Of a stretch of 37,674 bases of DNA, positions 1-8,706 are shown one piece after another; the first letter of the stretch is position 1; each line of letters begins with the position of its first letter. The stretch lies in the NCBI GenBank assembly GCA_041690595.1, contig JAWLHB010000062.1:1-37674 (forward strand). Direction: 5' to 3'. The position numbers were made by a program, and so were the translations under genes. A model generated the notes under the pieces. The model did not search any database. It was given only the letters and a program-made list of their open reading frames with translations, and was not told where the DNA came from. The DNA is from Lentisphaeria bacterium (GTDB taxonomy: Bacteria; Verrucomicrobiota; Lentisphaeria; JABSQK01; JAWLHB01).

Positions 1-48
1 TTTGCAGAGGTTCTTATCACTGTACCGGTAGCCCGCCCGGTTTGCCTC

Positions 49-564
49 ATGGCACGAAAAAAGCGGGCGTTCTATTTTACAGCTTTACTGAGGTCTGGTC
101 TCTGGTTTGACTCCGAGGCTGAAGATGCCGCCAATTTTTATATTTCCGTGTTCAGCAACGCCAGGATCCTCCGGATTCTTCGCTATGGCGAGGCGGGTCA
201 CGAGATACATGGTCGTGAGGCTGGCAGCGTCATGACCGTGGACTTCGAACTGGATGGTCAGCGCTTCACCGCGCTCAACGGGGGGCCGCGGTTCACGTTC
301 ACCGAGGCCATCTCCCTGATGATCGGCTGCGCGACGCAGGACGAGGTCGACTACTTCTGGAGCCGGCTTTCTGCCGGTGGAGAAGAGGGGCCCTGTGGCT
401 GGCTTAAGGACAAGTACGGCCTCTCATGGCAGGTGGTGCCGACTCGTCTGGACGACATGTTGAACGATCCCGATCGCGAGAAATCGGAGCGGGTGATGAC
501 CGCCTTACTGCAGATGACCAAGCTCGACGTTGCCGCGCTTGAAGAGGCCTTCTCGGACGGCTGA
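49..564 (+). CDS. VOC family protein, PhnB / 3-demethylubiquinone-9 3-methyltransferase-like; N-terminus atypical, possibly 5'-disrupted
   Basis: Family motifs LWFD..AE.A..FY, ALNGGP.F.F.EAIS, CGWLKDKYGLSWQVVP and M.KLD..AL. The first ~17 aa do not resemble the usual MQKITPxLWFD start. Confidence 0.8.
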   Translation: MARKKRAFYFTALLRSGLWFDSEAEDAANFYISVFSNARILRILRYGEAGHEIHGREAGSVMTVDFELDGQRFTALNGGPRFTFTEAISLMIGCATQDEVDYFWSRLSAGGEEGPCGWLKDKYGLSWQVVPTRLDDMLNDPDREKSERVMTALLQMTKLDVAALEEAFSDG

Positions 565-893
565 TCGCCTGGGAGGAACCGAATCGAGCTATAACTCGCA
601 TCGGCTTCGCTCACCGCCATCCATAGATTCACGAGACGAGGCTTTTGTGATCGAGGTTAGATTCTTGACGACATCTTGAAACAGCTATTGGCAAAGGATA
701 CCTTCCCAGGCATGCATAACTTGTGATCTTCTGCATGCGCTATGAATTTATAATGCTTCTAAGTTTGTTTATTTTTCCCTTTCATGATGTGCATTCCCGT
801 CGCCAAAAATGAACATTAACAGGGAGCCATAGATAATAGACCGTGATTCTTTCATCAAGCAGAGAGTAGTATCCTTAAGCTATTGGAGCTTTT

Positions 894-1649
894 ATGACAT
901 TTTCTTCATCAAAACAATGGAAGAGCCGGCAGTTCACGTTGGTCGAGTTGCTGGTTGTGATCGGCATTATCGCTATTCTGGCTGGCATGCTCCTGCCAGT
1001 GCTCTCGAAGTCAAGAGACAAGTCTCGGCAAACGATCTGCATCGGAAACATGAAGCAGATCATAGGTGGTTTCACGATGTATCAAGATGAAATTGACGGC
1101 TGTTTCGTCAGAGGAGGCACACCTTCCTGGGGGACGTTCGATTCGTATCCAAATGGGAGAGGTGGCGGTTTTGTCGATGATGCCTTGTGGAGCTACGCAA
1201 GCAGCGCCAAGCTCTACTTGTGTCCCATGGATAACAAGTACGACTGCCTGACGACGAACTCTGGGGGAAGCTGGTCGAAATATCTGGAAAAGATCGATAG
1301 ATCTGCCGCTCCGCCGAAGAACGTCAAGCTCAGCTACGGTTACAACGCTTTTCTGGGTACGGCTGGTATGCGCAACAGCGACGTGCCCGAACCGGATGTA
1401 ACGGTCATCTTCATTGACATGAGCGAGATGCCATACTTCCAGATATCCAATGAAGAGGGAAACATCCTGCCTGTGCGCGGCGGACCGCCGCTCTACCTCG
1501 ATGGCGGTGGTAACGAAGGCCCTTATCGTATCACCAAAGGCGCCCGGCATAATGGCAAAACCCAAGGCGCTGCAGCTTATGCGGATGGACACGCGGGCTC
1601 TGTCAGCACCAGAGATATCGAGGCCCGCAATATCGTCCGCGGCTGGTAG
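894..1649 (+). CDS. Prepilin-type N-terminal cleavage/methylation domain protein with C-terminal H-Xn-DG motif (DUF1559-like)
   Basis: FTLVELLVVIGIIAILAGMLLP, C.GNMKQI, YLCPMD, SYGYN and RHNGKTQGAAAYADGH. SD-like GGAG just upstream. Confidence 0.9.
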   Translation: MTFSSSKQWKSRQFTLVELLVVIGIIAILAGMLLPVLSKSRDKSRQTICIGNMKQIIGGFTMYQDEIDGCFVRGGTPSWGTFDSYPNGRGGGFVDDALWSYASSAKLYLCPMDNKYDCLTTNSGGSWSKYLEKIDRSAAPPKNVKLSYGYNAFLGTAGMRNSDVPEPDVTVIFIDMSEMPYFQISNEEGNILPVRGGPPLYLDGGGNEGPYRITKGARHNGKTQGAAAYADGHAGSVSTRDIEARNIVRGW

Positions 1650-1950
1650 CGATCCCAAGGTGCTCGGCGCAGGTGACCTTCTACGTCCGGCGCTGAGGTA
1701 TGGGCGGTACTGAGTGTGCCTGGCACGCGCGGTGTCGCCCTTATGAGGATTAGTCAAGGCAAGTGGAGGGCCTCCGCCCGAGAATCACAATCACCCTTCA
1801 CAAGTCACCACCTTCGTCCGGCAACTGACGGGCTGTCTCGCGTTGCTCAGCTCGTGGTCCGATCCAGAGTGGAAATCCCGCTGAGCGGGGTGGTTTCCCA
1901 TGTCTTTCCTCCCTCGCGGCAAGTTTCGCGCTTTGGTACCGGCCCGTGGT

Positions 1951-1979
1951 TTGCAGGCAGGTGGTCTTTGCGTTATCTT
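1951..1979 (+). promoter_or_regulatory. Putative sigma70 promoter of the VOC-nuclease-ATPase operon
   Basis: TTGCAG (1951-1956), 17-nt spacer, TATCTT (1974-1979), ending 33 nt before the GTG at 2013. Confidence 0.55.
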
Positions 1980-2012
1980 GGAGCGCGTACTTCATACCTG
2001 AGCGGGGTAATT

Positions 2013-2489
2013 GTGATCAAGTTTGTCGACCATGTCAATATTGTCGTTTCCGATCTTGAGCGATCGGTCTTCTTCTATACGCAGATCCTGGGACTGCGCG
2101 AGACGCGCCGGGCGCACCTGGAAGGGGAGTGGATAGAGACGATCATGGGGCTGAAGGGAGTCGTCGCGGATGTCGTTTACGTGCAGCCTCCTGGCGGCGG
2201 ACCGCGCGTCGAGCTGCTGCACTTCCGTTCGCCTGAAGGTGCGGTGCTGCCGCAGGCAGCGTTGCCGAACACGCAGGGGCTGCGCCACCTGGCATTTCAG
2301 GTAGAAGACGTCGACGAGGCGAGCCGCAAGTTGCTGGAGGTGGGTATCAAGCTGCTGAGCGCGCCCTGCTCGATACCCGGCCGTACCATACGTCATCCCG
2401 CCGGCAGTAAACGCCTCTGCTATTTTCGCGATCCGGACGGGGTTCTGCTGGAGATTGCGGAATATCGGACGGAGGTTGATGGCCAGTGA
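2013..2489 (+). CDS. Glyoxalase/bleomycin-resistance (VOC) family metalloprotein
   Basis: DHVNIVVSDLERS.FFY..ILG, RVELL, GLRHLAFQVEDVD and YFRDPDGVLLEI give the H/E/H/E metal ligands. Start moved from 1716 to GTG 2013, where homology begins and downstream of the predicted promoter. Confidence 0.85.
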   Translation: MIKFVDHVNIVVSDLERSVFFYTQILGLRETRRAHLEGEWIETIMGLKGVVADVVYVQPPGGGPRVELLHFRSPEGAVLPQAALPNTQGLRHLAFQVEDVDEASRKLLEVGIKLLSAPCSIPGRTIRHPAGSKRLCYFRDPDGVLLEIAEYRTEVDGQ

Positions 2490-3766
2490 GGTTCCTGGCG
2501 ACGGCGGATGTCCATATCGGGCTTCGACCGGGGCGGCTTGCCGCGGAGCACGCCGAACGCTATGCCGCTTCGCGTGCCTGGAGGGCGTGCGTCGATGAAG
2601 CGCTCCGCCGCCGGGTGGATGCCGTTCTCCTGGCCGGTGATGTGGTGGACGCCGCCAATCGCTTTTTCGAGGCCATGGGCCCGCTCGAGCGTGAGCTGGC
2701 CCGGCTGGTGGAGGCGGGCATCGAGGTAATCGCGGTGGCGGGCAATCATGATTGTGACGTACTGCGCCAAGTGGCCGCGGAGCTGAAGTCGCCGCGATTT
2801 CATCTGCTTGGCGAAGGGGGGCAATGGGAGCGTCGGATCCTTGCCGATCGCGCTGGGGAGAAGGTCCAGATTGTTGGCTGGTCTTTTCGCGACCGCTCCG
2901 TGTACCGCAGCCCGCTGCACAGCTTTTCGCGGGAGCTGCTGGAGCCGGATCTGCCCGTGCTTGGTTTGCTCCATGGCGACATGGACAACGCGCAGAGCCG
3001 GTATGCGCCCCTGGCGGCGCATGATTTTGCCATGACCGGGGTGCCGCTCTGGGTGCTGGGGCACGTGCACAAGCCGGGGCCGCCGCATGCGGAACTGCCG
3101 CACATCTTCTATGCAGGTTCGCCCCAGGGACTCGACCCGGGTATCGGCGAGCGTGGACCTCACGGGCCCTGGCTGATCGAATGGGCGGATGGCGGCTGGC
3201 AGATCGAGCACCTGCCCCTGGCGCCGGTGCGTTACGAGGCGATCCGCATTTCGCTGGATGGTCTCGAGCGGTTGGATCAGGTGCGCCCGGAGGTGAGGCG
3301 CCAATTGGGAGAAGAGCTGGATGCGTTCTGTCGGGAGCAACCTGCCATGGAGATTCTGGTGGCGCGGCTGACCTGTGAGGGCCGAACGACACTTTTGCAC
3401 CAGGATATCGCGGCCGAACTGGCGGAAATGCGCGAGTCGGGGCACACGGTGCGAGAGGTTCAACTGGTGGTCGATCGTCTCCAGATTGCCACGCGGCCAC
3501 CGCTCGATCTTGCCGCATTGGCGGAAAGCGGCGGGATCGTCGGCGAGCTGGCACTGCTGATTCAACTTCTGGAGGGTGACCAGGCGCTGCCGGAGGCGCA
3601 ACGGGAGTTGCTGGATCAGGTGGCTGCCGCCACGAACGGCATGATGGCCAGACCGGTTTTCGAGCCGCTGGGCGAAGAGGCAGTCGGCGCCCTTCGGCCG
3701 CTGCTGGCACGGCAGGCGTGGCGCTTGCTCGAAGCGTTGCTGCCCGGGGAGAATGCCCATGGCTGA
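2486..3766 (+). CDS. Mre11/SbcD/YhaO-like DNA repair exonuclease (calcineurin-like metallophosphoesterase)
   Basis: ADVHIG, AGDVVD, GNHD, LLHG, LGHVH and YAGSPQG motifs. GTGA overlap with the upstream VOC gene. Confidence 0.9.
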   Translation: MRFLATADVHIGLRPGRLAAEHAERYAASRAWRACVDEALRRRVDAVLLAGDVVDAANRFFEAMGPLERELARLVEAGIEVIAVAGNHDCDVLRQVAAELKSPRFHLLGEGGQWERRILADRAGEKVQIVGWSFRDRSVYRSPLHSFSRELLEPDLPVLGLLHGDMDNAQSRYAPLAAHDFAMTGVPLWVLGHVHKPGPPHAELPHIFYAGSPQGLDPGIGERGPHGPWLIEWADGGWQIEHLPLAPVRYEAIRISLDGLERLDQVRPEVRRQLGEELDAFCREQPAMEILVARLTCEGRTTLLHQDIAAELAEMRESGHTVREVQLVVDRLQIATRPPLDLAALAESGGIVGELALLIQLLEGDQALPEAQRELLDQVAAATNGMMARPVFEPLGEEAVGALRPLLARQAWRLLEALLPGENAHG

Positions 3767-6700
3767 GTCGCGTCACATTGTCTTTACCGAGCTGCATATC
3801 CGGCGCTTGCGGGGTATCGCGAGCGATGCCGATAGCCTTTCCTTTCGTGCCGCCGGGTCAGGTGGGTTCTCGCCAGGCATTGTCGTGGTGCACGGGCCCA
3901 ACGGCGCGGGTAAGACGACGACGGCTCTGGCGCTCGAAGGGCTGCTCTGGCCGGATGGGCTCGACGCACACGCGACGATCAGTGGCAGTTTCAGTCTCGA
4001 TGGGCGAAGGTATGCCCGGAGCATCGAAGGGGGGGCACGACTTCCGTGGCGGGTTGACGGAGCTGGGGGCACAGCGCCACCAGTGCCGGCCGCTGAGCTG
4101 GCGCATCTGTACCGGCTCTCGCTCCACGAACTTCTCCAGGCCGAGACTGGCGATTGCACGCTCGCCAGGCGGATTCAGCGAGAGATCTACGGCGGGATCG
4201 ATCTGGCTGCAGCGGTTCGGAGCCTTGACCTGCGCACGACCGCGCCGTCCACGGCATGCGGTGAGTACAAGTCGTGGAAGCTGGCTGACCGGAATGTCAT
4301 GGAGGCGACCGAGCGCCAGCAGAATCTGCGCCAGCGTGAAGCCGGCATGGCGGTGCTTCAGGAGCAGGCCGCGGCGGCGGAGGCGGCCCGGCAGTTGGAA
4401 GAGCTGTGCAGGCTCTGGCTGGCGGCGCGCGCGGCCGAGGCGGGAATCGAGCCATTGCGAGCGAGGGTGGGGCGGTATGACCGTCATCTGGCCGACATGA
4501 GTGGTCAGGAGGCCGAAGAGTTCCGCGCACTCTGTCGCGAACTCGATCAGGAACGGCAGGATGCGGCGCGTTGCCGGCAGCAGTTCCAGGAGGCGCACAT
4601 CGCCATCGCAGCGACCGGGTTGGCTGATGCACCGATCGATCGGTGCTTGCTGGGTGAGTTGGACGAGCAGGTGGTGGAGATGCGGCGTCAGCGGGATATC
4701 GAACTCGAGTGCCTGAAGCAGCTGGCGCCGCTTCGCGAGCAGGAAGAGCGCCTGCGTGCCACCTTGAGCGGCGCTCTGCAACCCGAGCAGGTACGCATGC
4801 CCGAGAGCTTGGAATTGGAACCTATTCGCGACTATGGCGAGGCAGTCGAAGCGCTGCGCTGCAGGCGCGACGTTGCCAGGCTGGCAGGTGAGTGGCTGCC
4901 CGAGACGGCACCTGTCGATGAGGCGGAAATCGATCGCTCCAAGCTGGCGGTGCAGGGGCTGCGCGACTGGCTGTGTACGCCCCCGCCCACGCCGGTGGAA
5001 TCACCGCATCCAGTTTGGGTCCTCCCGCTGTTGGCCGGAGTGGCCATGGTGCTGGGGTTGGTTCTGACCTTCAGTCTTCATCCGGTTTTCGCGCTCTTTG
5101 TATTGGTGCCGCCCCTCATCCTCGTTCTGGCGCGCCGCGGGCGTGAGGAGAGCGCGCCGGATGGACGGGCCGTGTTGCGGCAGCAGCATGCGGAGCGCCA
5201 GCTTCCCGCTCCGGCAAGCTGGACGCCGGAGGAAGTTCGACAACTTCTGGAGGCGCTGGAAGGGCGGCTGGCGCAGGCGCGCATCGACAGTGGTATCCGG
5301 CAGCGGCGCACGGCTTGCTTTGACCAGTATCGTCAGGAACTGGCGGCGTGCGAAGCGCGGGAGCTTCGGCTGCGCACGATTCTGCGGGAGCAACTTGGGG
5401 TTGTGCCGGAGATGCACGAAGGGGCTCTTCTCGAAGCGGTTTCGCGTCTCATTCGCTGGCGGGATGCCAGGCAGGCGCTCCAGACGCAGGAGGCCATCCG
5501 CACGGAGGCTGGCCGGCTCCTTGGGGAGGCGCTCGATGCCTTCAATGCCCGTGTGGAGCCGCTCGGTCGCGGAAACGTCGACAGCCTTGCCGGTGCCGCG
5601 GCGCTGCTCGCCGAACTGCGGACGGATCATGAGACGCTGCTGCGGGAGCGGGAGGAACATCGGCTGGCCGGGCAGCGGATCGAGGAGTTGGAGGCGCGCA
5701 TTGCCCGTCTTCTCGCGCGTCGCCTGCGTCTTTTGGGCAGCTTCGGCCTGGAGGACGAGGATGCGGCCATGCCGGAACATCTTCGCCAACTCACCGACTG
5801 GTGTGAAGCGCTGCCGGCCTATCGCCAGGCCGTCAAGGAGGTCGAAGAGGCGGAATTTCGCGCGCGGGAGGCACAGCTTCGTCTGATCGGACATCCTTGC
5901 TGGGGGGCGGAGTGGGGTGAACTCACCGCCGACGAGGTCGAGCGGCGCGCGGCGGAGTGGCGCGCGCAGGCCATGCAAGCCGAGCGGCTGCATCAGCAGA
6001 TTGGCGAACTGCGCCGCGAAGTGGAACTGGCGACGAGCGGGCGGACGTTGAGCGCGGCCCTGCAGCAGCGCGAGGAGGCCCTCGATGGGCTGCGGAAGGT
6101 GCGTGAGGAGCTGGTCGCCGGCTGCGCCACGCACCTGCTGGCGGAGCACATTCGAGGTCGCGGCCAGCAGCAGGCATCGGGAGTGCTGCAGCGGGCCAGG
6201 CACATGTTCGGGGCGATCACCAGCGGTCGCTATGATCTCGACGTGCGCGCCGAGGATGCGGACGCGGCTTTCCTGGCGCGGGACACGCGCACCTCTCGCA
6301 TCCACTCGCTGGATGAGCTGTCGAGCGGCACACGGGTGCAACTGCTGCTCGCCGTTCGCCTTGCTTTCCTGGAAGAGATGGAGGGCGACGGGCCGAAACC
6401 ACCCCTATTCCTCGACGAGCTGCTCGCCAACAGTGACGACCGTCGTGCCGACGCGATTATCGACGCCGTTCTGGCCATGGCGGCGGGGGGGCGGCAGATC
6501 TTCTACTTTACGGCGCAGGAGGATGAAGCGGGCAAATGGCGTGCCGCGGCGGCCCGATCCGCGGAGGTGCCGATCACCTTGATCCGTCTGCAGCGGGGCG
6601 AGCCGGAAGCCGTCCTGCCGATCGAGCGTCCAGTTCCCGCCGTGGCGCCCGCCCCGGAAGCGGGCGAGAGTTATGATGACTATGGTCGTCGGCTGGGGGT

Positions 6701-7358
6701 GCCGCGATTCGATCCCTTTGCCGACGTCGGAGCGCTGCACCTCTGGTATCTTCTGGACGAGCCACGGGCGCTTTATCGCTGCGTTCGCCACGGCTTTGAA
6801 TGCTGGGGGCAGGTCGAGCAGCTCATGCGCACAACGGCACCGCGACTGCTTCTGGATTTGGACGCGGTCCGCACTGCCGATGAGCTGGCTGTGATACCGG
6901 CGCTGGCCGCTGCCTTTGCCCATGCCGCGACGTTGTGGCGACAGGGCAGGGGCATTCCCGTCGACCGGGCTGCCTTGGAATCCTCCGGCGCCGTCAGCGA
7001 GACGTATATCGAGGCGATAGCGGAACTGGCGGTGCGTTGCGGCGGCGATGCGCGCGCCATCCTCGCGGCCATCGACCGGAAGGAGCTTCCGGGCTTTCGC
7101 ACAGGCAAGCGAAACGAGCTGGAGAGCTGGTTTCTGGAGCACGGGTACCTTGACGAGGAGCCGATCCTGTCGCCGGAAGCGTTGCGCCGTCAGCTTGCCG
7201 CGGTGCTGAGCGCATCGGGTGAGACTGGGCGGCTATCGGCCGAGGATCTCGACCAGGTGGTCAGCCATCTCGCGGTTTTGCCCGCTCAAGCATCGGGTCA
7301 GGAGCGACGACCACGGGCGTGGGGTGCGGGTGATGCGAATCGTGAGCATGGCGCATGA
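3753..7358 (+). CDS. Rad50/SbcC/YhaN-like SMC-type ATPase with central transmembrane hairpin and long C-terminal extension
   Basis: Walker A GPNGAGKTT, long coiled coil, hydrophobic stretch at ~5016-5132, signature LSSGT, Walker B/D-loop LFLDELLANSDD and QIFYFT. Start could be 3759. Confidence 0.88.
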   Translation: MPMAESRHIVFTELHIRRLRGIASDADSLSFRAAGSGGFSPGIVVVHGPNGAGKTTTALALEGLLWPDGLDAHATISGSFSLDGRRYARSIEGGARLPWRVDGAGGTAPPVPAAELAHLYRLSLHELLQAETGDCTLARRIQREIYGGIDLAAAVRSLDLRTTAPSTACGEYKSWKLADRNVMEATERQQNLRQREAGMAVLQEQAAAAEAARQLEELCRLWLAARAAEAGIEPLRARVGRYDRHLADMSGQEAEEFRALCRELDQERQDAARCRQQFQEAHIAIAATGLADAPIDRCLLGELDEQVVEMRRQRDIELECLKQLAPLREQEERLRATLSGALQPEQVRMPESLELEPIRDYGEAVEALRCRRDVARLAGEWLPETAPVDEAEIDRSKLAVQGLRDWLCTPPPTPVESPHPVWVLPLLAGVAMVLGLVLTFSLHPVFALFVLVPPLILVLARRGREESAPDGRAVLRQQHAERQLPAPASWTPEEVRQLLEALEGRLAQARIDSGIRQRRTACFDQYRQELAACEARELRLRTILREQLGVVPEMHEGALLEAVSRLIRWRDARQALQTQEAIRTEAGRLLGEALDAFNARVEPLGRGNVDSLAGAAALLAELRTDHETLLREREEHRLAGQRIEELEARIARLLARRLRLLGSFGLEDEDAAMPEHLRQLTDWCEALPAYRQAVKEVEEAEFRAREAQLRLIGHPCWGAEWGELTADEVERRAAEWRAQAMQAERLHQQIGELRREVELATSGRTLSAALQQREEALDGLRKVREELVAGCATHLLAEHIRGRGQQQASGVLQRARHMFGAITSGRYDLDVRAEDADAAFLARDTRTSRIHSLDELSSGTRVQLLLAVRLAFLEEMEGDGPKPPLFLDELLANSDDRRADAIIDAVLAMAAGGRQIFYFTAQEDEAGKWRAAAARSAEVPITLIRLQRGEPEAVLPIERPVPAVAPAPEAGESYDDYGRRLGVPRFDPFADVGALHLWYLLDEPRALYRCVRHGFECWGQVEQLMRTTAPRLLLDLDAVRTADELAVIPALAAAFAHAATLWRQGRGIPVDRAALESSGAVSETYIEAIAELAVRCGGDARAILAAIDRKELPGFRTGKRNELESWFLEHGYLDEEPILSPEALRRQLAAVLSASGETGRLSAEDLDQVVSHLAVLPAQASGQERRPRAWGAGDANREHGA

Positions 7359-8454
7359 GGAGCTTGCCCGCGGCAATGGAACTGCACTCGATGGTCTCGT
7401 AGAGGGCACGCGAAAGCCAGAAGATCGGCATCCAGAGGGCGAGGCAGAGCGCCAGCATGACCAGCGGATGAAAGGCGGTATCGGGCATGAAACGATTCAG
7501 GACGCGCGGCACGAGCTTGAGTATCGGCTGGTGTACCAGGTAGAAGCTGTAGCTAACGAGGCCCACGGTGCGCATATGGTTCACCAGGCGTTCGCGACCA
7601 GGATAGGCGGGTGTCTCCCAGTTGCCGGAGAGGGAGCGGGCGATAAGGATGGTGGTAGCCAGCGACCAGAGCAGAAAGCCAAGTGGCGCCAGCGGCCGGA
7701 ACATGCTGGCCAGTACGATGGCTATGGCTACCGGCAGCAGCGGCATTGTGGCGAAGGGCAATCGCTCGTTCCGCAGGTAAGACTCCGCCAACCACGCACC
7801 GAGCGACCAGCTCAGCCAGTAGGCAAACGGCGTGTAGACCACGAAAGGCGAAAGATTGGCGTGACCAAAGATCGACGAGCAGAGGCGAATTGGCAATTCA
7901 ACACAAAGGCAGACGAGCATGGCGCGTTTCCAGCCGATCCGCGAGGCGATCGCCAGCAGCAGTGGATAGACAAGGTAGAGCTGCCACTCGACCGCGATGC
8001 TCCAGAACGAAGGATTGACCCCGAAGAAGGTCGTGCGATCGAAGTTGTGCACCAGCAGCACGTGGGTGACCAGCTGCTTGAGCCGCATCAGGTCGATATT
8101 GAGCGACCCCCACGGATAGAGAAAGAAGAAGAGCAGCAAGGCGAAGAGGTAAGGCGGATAGACGCGGAAGAAGCGCTTTGCGAAGAAGTTGCCGAAGCCG
8201 GGGGTATGTGATTTTCGGTAGCTGAGATGTATGCAGAATCCGCTGACCGAAAAGAAGATCGCCACCCCCGCACCGCCGTAGGTCAGCGGCAGTAACCAGA
8301 GGAATGAGCTTTGAACATTGAAGTCACGCCAGAGTCCATTCCAAGCCAGCTTGTCGAATCCATAGCTGGTACCGAGTGCATGGAAAAGGAAGACAGCCAG
8401 GATGGCTATGCCGCGAATCGTGTCGAGGATGAGCAGACGCCCGTTCTTGTCCAT
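7261..8454 (-). CDS. Acyltransferase-3 (OafA/YrhL-like) integral membrane O-acyltransferase
   Basis: LDTIRGIAIL..FLFH, GVAIFFSVSGF, KRFFRVYPPY, WSIAVEWQLY and GLVSYSFYLVHQP. Start set at ATG 8454 (MDKNGR). Confidence 0.9.
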   Translation of the reverse strand: MDKNGRLLILDTIRGIAILAVFLFHALGTSYGFDKLAWNGLWRDFNVQSSFLWLLPLTYGGAGVAIFFSVSGFCIHLSYRKSHTPGFGNFFAKRFFRVYPPYLFALLLFFFLYPWGSLNIDLMRLKQLVTHVLLVHNFDRTTFFGVNPSFWSIAVEWQLYLVYPLLLAIASRIGWKRAMLVCLCVELPIRLCSSIFGHANLSPFVVYTPFAYWLSWSLGAWLAESYLRNERLPFATMPLLPVAIAIVLASMFRPLAPLGFLLWSLATTILIARSLSGNWETPAYPGRERLVNHMRTVGLVSYSFYLVHQPILKLVPRVLNRFMPDTAFHPLVMLALCLALWMPIFWLSRALYETIECSSIAAGKLLMRHAHDSHHPHPTPVVVAPDPMLERAKPRDG

Positions 8455-8625
8455 AATTTCCCTTGACCCGAGATGCCCGTGGTGAAAGTGCGCATTGTGT
8501 ACCAATGAAAGAGGTGATGGCAGCGGATCAAGGTGTTGAGCGGTTGAAGCTGCTGCTGCGCTCAAATTTCGGGGTGAATTTATTCTGGAACTTTTTGGGC
8601 GGCGCCGGAGGAACGCCGTCGTACC

Positions 8626-8654
8626 TTGCAGATTGATTGGCGTCGCTTTACCTT
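8626..8654 (+). promoter_or_regulatory. Putative sigma70 promoter of the liv operon
   Basis: TTGCAG (8626-8631), 17-nt spacer, TACCTT (8649-8654). Confidence 0.5.
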
Positions 8655-8706
8655 ACAAGCGCCTTGAACAATGTTTGAGATCACTCTATGTGGAGGACGA
8701 ATTGGA

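Noticed and set aside
1716..2012. 99-aa N-terminal extension of the glyoxalase ORF; similar extensions at 19194-19538, 8455-8565 and 29529-29588
   Set aside because: No family similarity. Better starts with SD, promoter or coupling evidence exist, and 19194-19538 overlaps the upstream gene.
1992..3797. Long antisense ORFs (601 aa and 446 aa), and similar ones at 5001-6341, 8686-10002, 26468-27829 and 30638-32155
   Set aside because: High-GC shadow frames opposite well-supported genes, with no motifs and biased composition.
7219..8211. 330-aa plus-strand ORF; likewise 28523-29446 and 36369-37337
   Set aside because: Antisense shadows of the acyltransferase, hydrolase and cysS genes.
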